64,000 bases of DNA from Rhodospirillales bacterium (GTDB lineage Bacteria; Pseudomonadota; Alphaproteobacteria; Rhodospirillales; Shumkoniaceae), in assembly GCA_963675465.2 (NCBI GenBank), contig CAXXVY010000007.1, positions 15,065 through 79,064 on the forward strand. Direction: 5' to 3'. The translations under genes and the position numbers were made by a program. The first letter of the stretch is position 1, and each line of letters opens with the position of its first letter. This document shows positions 57,926 through 64,000 of this stretch, one piece after another. The notes below the pieces were generated by a model. The model saw nothing but the letters and a program-made list of their open reading frames with translations, did not search any database and had not been told where the DNA came from.

Positions 57926-58858
57926 TTATTCGCCGGGATCGTCGGGATGCTTGGGGGCGATGTGCTGCTGGTGGTCGATGACCTTGCGCCGGATTTCCCG
58001 TGTGCGTGAAAACGACTCGTACAGCATGCCGCCCTGATCGCGCCGGATCGCCCGTTGCAGCGCAGTCAGATCCTCGGTGAAGCGGCCCAGCATCTCCAGC
58101 ACCGCCTCCTTGTTGACCAGAAACACGTCGCGCCACATGGTCGGGTCCGACGCCGCGATCCGGGTGAAATCCCGGAACCCGCCGGCGGAGAACTTGATGA
58201 CCTCGTCCTTGATCTCGCCCTGCAGGTCGGTCGCGGTGCCGACGATGGTGAAGGCGATGAGATGCGGTACGTGCGAGGTGATGGCCAACACCATGTCGTG
58301 ACGGGCGGCGTCCATGACCTCGACCCGCATGCCGGCGCGGGTCCACAGTTCGCGGATCTTCTTCACGGCCGTGGCGTCGGCGCCGGTCGCCGGGGTCAGC
58401 ACGCACCAGCGGCCGTCGAACAGTTCGGCGAAGCCCGCCTCGGGGCCCGAATGCTCGGTTCCGGCGATGGGGTGGGCGGGGACCAGATGGACGTTCTGCG
58501 GCAGCATGGGGCCGATTTCATCCAGGACTACCTTCTTGGCCGACCCGACGTCGCTGACGATGCACCCCGGTTTCAGGGCCGGGAAGATGGCGGCGGCGAT
58601 GGCGCGGTAGGCGCTGTGCGGCGCGCAGATCACCACGAGATCGGCGTCCTTCGCCGCTTCGGCCGGACTGAGGGAAACGGAATCCGCGATCCCCAGTTTC
58701 AGCGCGGTATCGAGTGACTGCTGGGTGCGGGCGCTGACGGCGATGTGGCCCACCAGGCCGTCCCGCTTCATCAGGCGGGCCAGCGACGATCCGATGAGCC
58801 CGATGCCGATCAGGGCGACGCGCTCGAACAAGACGGTTTTGGTATCGGTCATGGTCAA
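57926..58858 (-). CDS. tyrC: Prephenate/arogenate dehydrogenase
   Basis: IALIGIGLIGSSLA Rossmann motif, and HPIAGTEHSG. The start is TTG 58858 (overlapping the hisC stop) or ATG 58852. Confidence 0.85.
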   Translation of the reverse strand: MTMTDTKTVLFERVALIGIGLIGSSLARLMKRDGLVGHIAVSARTQQSLDTALKLGIADSVSLSPAEAAKDADLVVICAPHSAYRAIAAAIFPALKPGCIVSDVGSAKKVVLDEIGPMLPQNVHLVPAHPIAGTEHSGPEAGFAELFDGRWCVLTPATGADATAVKKIRELWTRAGMRVEVMDAARHDMVLAITSHVPHLIAFTIVGTATDLQGEIKDEVIKFSAGGFRDFTRIAASDPTMWRDVFLVNKEAVLEMLGRFTEDLTALQRAIRRDQGGMLYESFSRTREIRRKVIDHQQHIAPKHPDDPGE

Positions 58859-59943
58859 CTCATGAATTCCCTGAGCGCATCGACGACGACGCGCATTTCA
58901 TCCTCGAGTCCGATGGTGATCCGCAGGCAATCGGCGAGCCCGTAGGCGCCGACCCGGCGGGCGATGACACCGCGCCCGCGCAAATACGCATCGGCGGCGT
59001 TCGCGTCGCGTCCCGATTCGGCCGGGAAACGGACCAGGATGAAGTTGCAGACGCTGGGCACCACTTCCAGCCCCAGGGTCCGGATCTGGTCGGCCGTCCA
59101 CGGCAGCCAGCGGTCGTTGTGGCCGCGCGACCGGTCGATGAACGTCACGTCGGACAGTGCGGCGACTCCCGCCGCCTGGGCCGGAGCGGAAACGTTGAAC
59201 GGGCTGCGGACGCGGTTCAGGACGTCGGTGATGGCCGGCGACGCGTAGGCCCAACCCAGCCGCACGCTGCCGAGCGCGTAGATCTTGGAAAACGTCCGCA
59301 ACATGACGACGTTGTCGAAACCGTCCACCAGTTCGACGCCCGCCGTATAGTCGTTGGCCGCCACGAACTCGGCATAGGCCGCGTCGATGACCAGAACGAT
59401 ATCCTCGCGCAGGTTTTCCCGCAGCCGCCGCATGGCGTCGGCGGGAATATAGGTGCCGGTGGGATTGTTGGGATTGGCCAGGAACACGATGCGCGTGCGA
59501 TCGCTCACTTTCGAAAGCAGGGCATCGACGTCGGTGGTCAGATCGGCCTCCGGCGCGGCGACCGGAATCGCGCCCACCGTACGGGCGGCTATCGGGTACA
59601 TCAGGAACCCGTGGGCGCTGTACAGCATCTCGTCGCCGACGCCGGCGTAGGCGCGGGTGAGCAGGCTGATCAGTTCGTCCGAACCGGCGCCGCAGACGAT
59701 GCGGTCGGCATCGAGGCCGTGGCGGGCGGCCAGCGCCCGGCGCAATTCCGTGCAGCCGCCGTCGGGGTATCGATGGAGCTCCGCCGCCACGGTCCGGTAA
59801 GCTTCGGCCGCCTTGGGGCTGGGGCCGAGAGCGCCCTCGTTGGACGCCAGCTTGATCACACGGGTCAGTCCGGCGATTTTGGATTCGCCGCCCACATAGG
59901 GCGTGATGTCCATGATGCCGGGGCGTGGGGTAGGAGCAGTCAT
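58855..59943 (-). CDS. hisC: Histidinol-phosphate aminotransferase
   Basis: Start at MTAPTPRPGIMDITPYVGG. NPNNPTG, and the PLP Lys in RTFSKIYALG. Confidence 0.9.
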   Translation of the reverse strand: MTAPTPRPGIMDITPYVGGESKIAGLTRVIKLASNEGALGPSPKAAEAYRTVAAELHRYPDGGCTELRRALAARHGLDADRIVCGAGSDELISLLTRAYAGVGDEMLYSAHGFLMYPIAARTVGAIPVAAPEADLTTDVDALLSKVSDRTRIVFLANPNNPTGTYIPADAMRRLRENLREDIVLVIDAAYAEFVAANDYTAGVELVDGFDNVVMLRTFSKIYALGSVRLGWAYASPAITDVLNRVRSPFNVSAPAQAAGVAALSDVTFIDRSRGHNDRWLPWTADQIRTLGLEVVPSVCNFILVRFPAESGRDANAADAYLRGRGVIARRVGAYGLADCLRITIGLEDEMRVVVDALREFMS

Positions 59944-60008
59944 TGCTCGGGTCCTTGCATGCTTTCTTGTTTTTGAAGTCTGAAAAAAATCGCGCCGGAT
60001 GGCGAGAA

Positions 60009-60887
60009 TCACTCGGCCGACGGCGCCAGCTCGTCGTCGCTGAGGGGCTTGGCGTAACCGCCGAGCAGAACGATCGATCCGACCGGGCGCTTGAGCGCCT
60101 CGATGAACGCGTCGATGCGCGCGTCATCCTTGGCGAGGTAGTCGTCGACCTCGATCAGATAGAGCGGGGTTCCGCCGGAATGGGAGTCCATTCGGGGATG
60201 GACCATGGTCGGCGGCAGGCCGCACTTGGTCAGCGTGGCCTGAATCGTTCCCTGGGGGATCGGTTCTTCGGTTTCGAACGCGAAGAGCGAGCGATCGCGT
60301 CCCGAGGCTTCCTGTTCGATGGGGCAGATCACCAGGGCTTCGGTATGTCCTTCGCGGCCGTTGCCGCGGCCTGCGAACGGCAAACGGAAAATGACTCGGG
60401 GGCGTTCCCCGCCCGCGCCCATCAAGTAGGGCCACCAGGGTTCGGGGTCGTCGATGCGGGGCAGCGGCAGAACGCCGGCCGTGGCGTCGCCGCGGGTGAC
60501 GGCGGTGATCACCTGCTGCGCCGACCCGTGACGGGTCATCGGCAGCGACAGGCAGAAGTGATCGCGCGCCAGATCCCAATAGGCGTCTTCGTTTTCCTTG
60601 GCGTAGACGGCCACCGAAAACGGTCCCTCGATTCCGAGGGTGGCCATGATCAGTTCCCGCCAGATGCGCAGGAGATCCCGCTTGGGGAAAGCCCCGCGAT
60701 GGCGTTCGACCAGACGGTAGGCGATCTGCGCTTCCCGCGCCGCGCGGACCTTGACCGGCTGGTCGCGCTTGAGGTCGCACACCTTTTCGATAACCTGGGT
60801 GCGGCGGACGATCAACTCATGGAGTTGTTCGTCGATGTCATCGATTTCTCGGCGCAGAGCGCGCAAAGCCTCGTCTTGTTCAGGCAT
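60009..60887 (-). CDS. Chorismate mutase (CM_2 N-terminal domain) with PDT-like C-terminal region
   Basis: Start at MPEQDEALRALRREIDDIDEQLHELIVRRTQV (AroQ helix 1 motif). Its position upstream of hisC-tyrC is typical in alphaproteobacteria. Confidence 0.7.
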   Translation of the reverse strand: MPEQDEALRALRREIDDIDEQLHELIVRRTQVIEKVCDLKRDQPVKVRAAREAQIAYRLVERHRGAFPKRDLLRIWRELIMATLGIEGPFSVAVYAKENEDAYWDLARDHFCLSLPMTRHGSAQQVITAVTRGDATAGVLPLPRIDDPEPWWPYLMGAGGERPRVIFRLPFAGRGNGREGHTEALVICPIEQEASGRDRSLFAFETEEPIPQGTIQATLTKCGLPPTMVHPRMDSHSGGTPLYLIEVDDYLAKDDARIDAFIEALKRPVGSIVLLGGYAKPLSDDELAPSAE

Positions 60888-61175
60888 CGCTTCCAACGCA
60901 TCCTTATCGGGTGATCGCGGTTTTCCCCGAGGGAAAGCGGAATAGTGATAAAGGCTCACGTGCGCAAAATCAAAGAAAACATTGCGGTCGAGTGTGCCGC
61001 GGCGTTGATCCCACCAGGGGGCGAAACAGCGCGCCGGCACGTAAACCCTATGGGAATAAGGGGCGCGGACCAGTATATTGGAAAACAGCCCGTTCAGGCG
61101 AAAAAGGACCGCTCGTCAGCGTCCGCGGGCGGTTTATCTGGAAAGGCATGTCGCCGACGATAGACGAGGGATTCA

Positions 61176-62858
61176 TTGCTACCACCGACATCGCCCCGCA
61201 GGCGCATCCCCCGCAAGGATCATGCGAACGTCATCAATGCCGTCACGGTCTTGGTGTTCCTGGTATGCGTCGTCTTTGTCGAGATTTCAGTCGAACGTTC
61301 AAGCGCGGAGATCCACGTTCAGGAAAGGCGGCTTCAGATCACCGAGCAGGTGACGACGTTGCGCGCCCGCATCGAAGGCGCGGTCAACAGCAATCTGTTC
61401 CTGGTCCGCGGCTTGGTCGCGACCATGGCGCTCGATCCCGACATGGATCAGGCGCGTTTCGCCTCGATCGCCGCCCAGTTGCTCGAAAGGCCGTCCCTGG
61501 TCCGCAATATCGCCGCGGCGCGCGATCTGGTCATCACGCACATGTACCCGATGGCGGGCAACGAAACGGCCGTGGGGATGGACTATCGGACCATTCCGGA
61601 ACAGGCGGAGGCGGCGCTGCGCGCCCGGGACTCCGGCCAGATGATCCTGGCAGGGCCCGTCGACCTGAAACAGGGCGGTCGCGGGATCATCGGGCGGACG
61701 CCCGTCTTCATGCCTTCCGCGGGCGGAGGCGTCGGGCACGGCCCGTTCTGGGGTCTGGTGGCGACGGTCATCGATGTCGACGCGCTGTACGATGCCGTCG
61801 GCCTCAACATACCGGATCTGCCGTACACGGTCGCCCTTCGCGGCCGTGACGGGACCGGCACCGGCGGCGCGGTGTTTTTCGGCGACCCGGCCCTGTTCGA
61901 CCAGGAACCCGTTTTGTCCCTGGTGACGCTGGTCGGCGGAACCTGGCAGATCGCCGCCGTTCCCCGCGCCGGGTGGCCCGACGCGGCACCGCAGCGTTGG
62001 ACTATGCGCGGGCTGGCGCTGCTGATCGTGCTGTTGATCCTGGGGCTGTCGGGTGTGCAGTACCGCCATTCGCGGATCCAGCAGCGGGTTCGCGGCGAAC
62101 TGATCGAGGCCAAGGAGCGGGCCGAATTCGCGAACCGGACCAAGACCGAATTCCTGGCCAATATGAGCCACGAGTTGCGTACGCCCCTGAACTCCGTCAT
62201 CGGTTTCGCCGAAGTACTGGAAAGCGGCGTCTTCGGGCCCCTGGGTGCCGACAAGAATCGGGAGTACGTCGGTGACATCAAACAGTCGGGAACCCATCTT
62301 CTGCGGTTGATCAACGACATCCTGGACGTTTCCAAAATCGAGGCGGGCGCGGTCCAACCCGACGAAGAGACGGTCGATCTCCGCGAACTTGCCGCCGATG
62401 CCCTGATGATGATCCGGGAACGGGCCGCGAAAGCCGGGGTCCGGCTTGCAACCGAGATTCCCGACGGGTTTCCGCCCTTGTGGGCCGATCCGACGATGGT
62501 GAAGCAGATCCTGCTGAACCTGCTGGCCAACGCCGTCAAGTTCACGCCCGCCGGCGGCCGCGTTGTAACGATGCTCGCCGTAGACGCCGACGGCAGCGTG
62601 TTGATCAAGGTCGCGGACACCGGCATCGGTATCCGCAAGGCCGACATCGCCCGCGTCGTCGAACCTTTCCAACAGGCCGGAAATTCGATGACCCGGCAGC
62701 ACGACGGGGCGGGACTGGGGCTCGCGTTGGTCAAATCCTTGACCGAACTGCACGGCGGGATCCTGAAAATCGACAGCACGGTCGGCGTTGGGACCACGGT
62801 CGCCGTCCGTTTCCCGGCGAACCGGGTGATTTCAAGCTCCGATGTCGCGGACGGGTGA
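61176..62858 (+). CDS. Sensor histidine kinase with periplasmic CHASE domain + HisKA + HATPase_c
   Basis: TTG is the first possible start after the in-frame stop at 61161. Layout is TM, then a CHASE-like region (…[27 protein letters not shown]…[19 protein letters not shown]), then TM. H-box [24 protein letters not shown]. Confidence 0.8.
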   Translation: MLPPTSPRRRIPRKDHANVINAVTVLVFLVCVVFVEISVERSSAEIHVQERRLQITEQVTTLRARIEGAVNSNLFLVRGLVATMALDPDMDQARFASIAAQLLERPSLVRNIAAARDLVITHMYPMAGNETAVGMDYRTIPEQAEAALRARDSGQMILAGPVDLKQGGRGIIGRTPVFMPSAGGGVGHGPFWGLVATVIDVDALYDAVGLNIPDLPYTVALRGRDGTGTGGAVFFGDPALFDQEPVLSLVTLVGGTWQIAAVPRAGWPDAAPQRWTMRGLALLIVLLILGLSGVQYRHSRIQQRVRGELIEAKERAEFANRTKTEFLANMSHELRTPLNSVIGFAEVLESGVFGPLGADKNREYVGDIKQSGTHLLRLINDILDVSKIEAGAVQPDEETVDLRELAADALMMIRERAAKAGVRLATEIPDGFPPLWADPTMVKQILLNLLANAVKFTPAGGRVVTMLAVDADGSVLIKVADTGIGIRKADIARVVEPFQQAGNSMTRQHDGAGLGLALVKSLTELHGGILKIDSTVGVGTTVAVRFPANRVISSSDVADG

Positions 62859-62880
62859 TGCCCCGGCGGCGAATCGGCTG

Positions 62881-62910
62881 TTGACACCCCGACCCCGCGC
62901 CCCTAGCTAT
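62881..62910 (+). promoter_or_regulatory. Possible sigma70-type promoter for metX
   Basis: TTGACA (62881-62886), 17 nt, then TAGCTA(T) (62904-62910). It lies about 45 nt upstream of the metX ATG. The -10 is weak. Confidence 0.3.
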
Positions 62911-62952
62911 GGAGACCCCTTTGGTTCGGCTATTTATCGCGGATTTATTTGA

Positions 62953-64000
62953 ATGACCGTCAACTCGGGTCGCGCGGCGCCGCTGGCGCAAGGCGTCGTC
63001 GATACTTCTTCATTGCCCGGTCCCCGAGCCGTCTTCGGTGCCGACGAACCCCTGCGGCTGGACAGCGGCGCGCAGCTGATCGGGTTCACCCTTGCCTACC
63101 GGACCTACGGCACGCTCAACGCCGATAAATCCAACGGCATCATGGTGTGTCACGCCCTGACCGGCGACCAGTACGTCGCGGAGACCCATCCGGTAACCGG
63201 CAAGACGGGTTGGTGGGACCTGATCGTGGGACCGGGGCGGGTGCTGGATACCGACAAGTATTTCGTCATCTGCGTCAATGTCATCGGCGGCTGCATGGGG
63301 ACCACGGGGCCGATGGAGATCGATCCCGCCACCGGCGAGCCCTACGGTCTGAACTTCCCGATGATCACGGTCGCCGACATGGTGCGCGCCCAGGTGATGC
63401 TGATCGATCGCCTGGGGATCGACAAGCTGTTCGCCGTGGTCGGCGGATCGATGGGCGGCATGCAGGTATTGGAGTGGGCGGCGTCCCACCCCGAACGGGT
63501 ATTCGCCGCCATTCCCATCGCGACCGCGCCTTTCCATTCCGCCCAGAACATCGCGTTCAACGAGGTCGGACGGCAGGCGATCATGGCCGATCCCGACTGG
63601 CACGGCGGCGCCTACCAGAAGTTCGACACCCGGCCGCACCGGGGATTGGCGGTGGCCCGGATGGCCGCGCACATCACCTATCTTTCGGAACCCGCGTTGC
63701 AGCGCAAGTTCGGCCGCCGCCTTCAGGACCGGGAAACGGTCACCTACGGGTTCGAGGCCGATTTCCAGGTGGAAAGCTACCTGCGCTATCAGGGGATCAC
63801 CTTCGTCGAGCGCTTCGACGCCAATTCGTACCTTTATATTACCCGGGCCATCGACTATTTCGATCTGGCTGCGCGCAACGGCGGCGTCCTGGCGGAAGCC
63901 TTCCGGAACTCGCCGGTGCGCTTCTGCGTGATTTCGTTTTCCTCGGACTGGCTGTACCCGACGTCGGAAAGCCGGCGCATCGTCCATGCGTTGAACGCGG
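62953..64000 (+). CDS. metX: Homoserine O-acetyltransferase, N-terminal 349 aa; runs off the right edge
   Basis: Not in the ORF track because it is open at the edge. Manual reading gives [11 protein letters not shown]...[12 protein letters not shown]...[11 protein letters not shown]...[14 protein letters not shown]..., the alpha/beta-hydrolase MetX signature with nucleophile GGSMGG. Confidence 0.9.
   Translation, partial: MTVNSGRAAPLAQGVVDTSSLPGPRAVFGADEPLRLDSGAQLIGFTLAYRTYGTLNADKSNGIMVCHALTGDQYVAETHPVTGKTGWWDLIVGPGRVLDTDKYFVICVNVIGGCMGTTGPMEIDPATGEPYGLNFPMITVADMVRAQVMLIDRLGIDKLFAVVGGSMGGMQVLEWAASHPERVFAAIPIATAPFHSAQNIAFNEVGRQAIMADPDWHGGAYQKFDTRPHRGLAVARMAAHITYLSEPALQRKFGRRLQDRETVTYGFEADFQVESYLRYQGITFVERFDANSYLYITRAIDYFDLAARNGGVLAEAFRNSPVRFCVISFSSDWLYPTSESRRIVHALNA

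Overview
High-G+C alphaproteobacterial chromosomal segment, probably Rhodospirillales-like. Supporting markers are ccrM-rnhB, argH-small lipoprotein-lysA-TIGR02302 synteny, DUF1127, and many PAS/HisKA sensor kinases. I saw no rRNA, tRNA or CRISPR array.

Most of the window is ordinary housekeeping and accessory metabolism:
- glutathione reductase and dihydrolipoyl dehydrogenase
- a GntR-controlled TRAP transporter
- etfBA-hbd and a PduO-type adenosyltransferase
- aminopeptidase P and glutathionylspermidine synthetase/amidase
- Fe-ADH, argH, lysA and ZntB
- a tungsten-type aldehyde:ferredoxin oxidoreductase
- chorismate mutase-hisC-tyrC, and a partial metX

The left edge carries the 5' part of an IS110-family element.

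Most noteworthy observations:
1. A lower-G+C, opposite-strand two-gene islet at 8353-10569. A 503-aa protein has a Pro-rich linker and a compositionally foreign C-terminal module, followed 12 nt later by a 230-aa ORF. The layout resembles a polymorphic toxin/immunity pair, with no recognisable secretion machinery nearby.
2. A NikR-controlled operon whose first cistron is a SAM-dependent methyltransferase. Its stop overlaps the start (ATGA) of a NikABCDE-like ABC importer, and several GTATGA/TCATAC-type half-sites lie in the divergent promoter.
3. A secreted, Cys-rich protein with a clear two-repeat cyanovirin-N homology (CVNH) pattern.
4. An orphan 465-aa Trp-rich protein carrying a G10 homopolymer near its 3' end, with better codon usage in the +1 frame after the tract.
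5. Two roughly 150-250 bp extremely AT-rich islands flanking zntB.
6. Four sensor kinases and one diguanylate cyclase, with no response regulator anywhere in the window.

All functional calls come from motif recognition by eye. No database search or computation was run.
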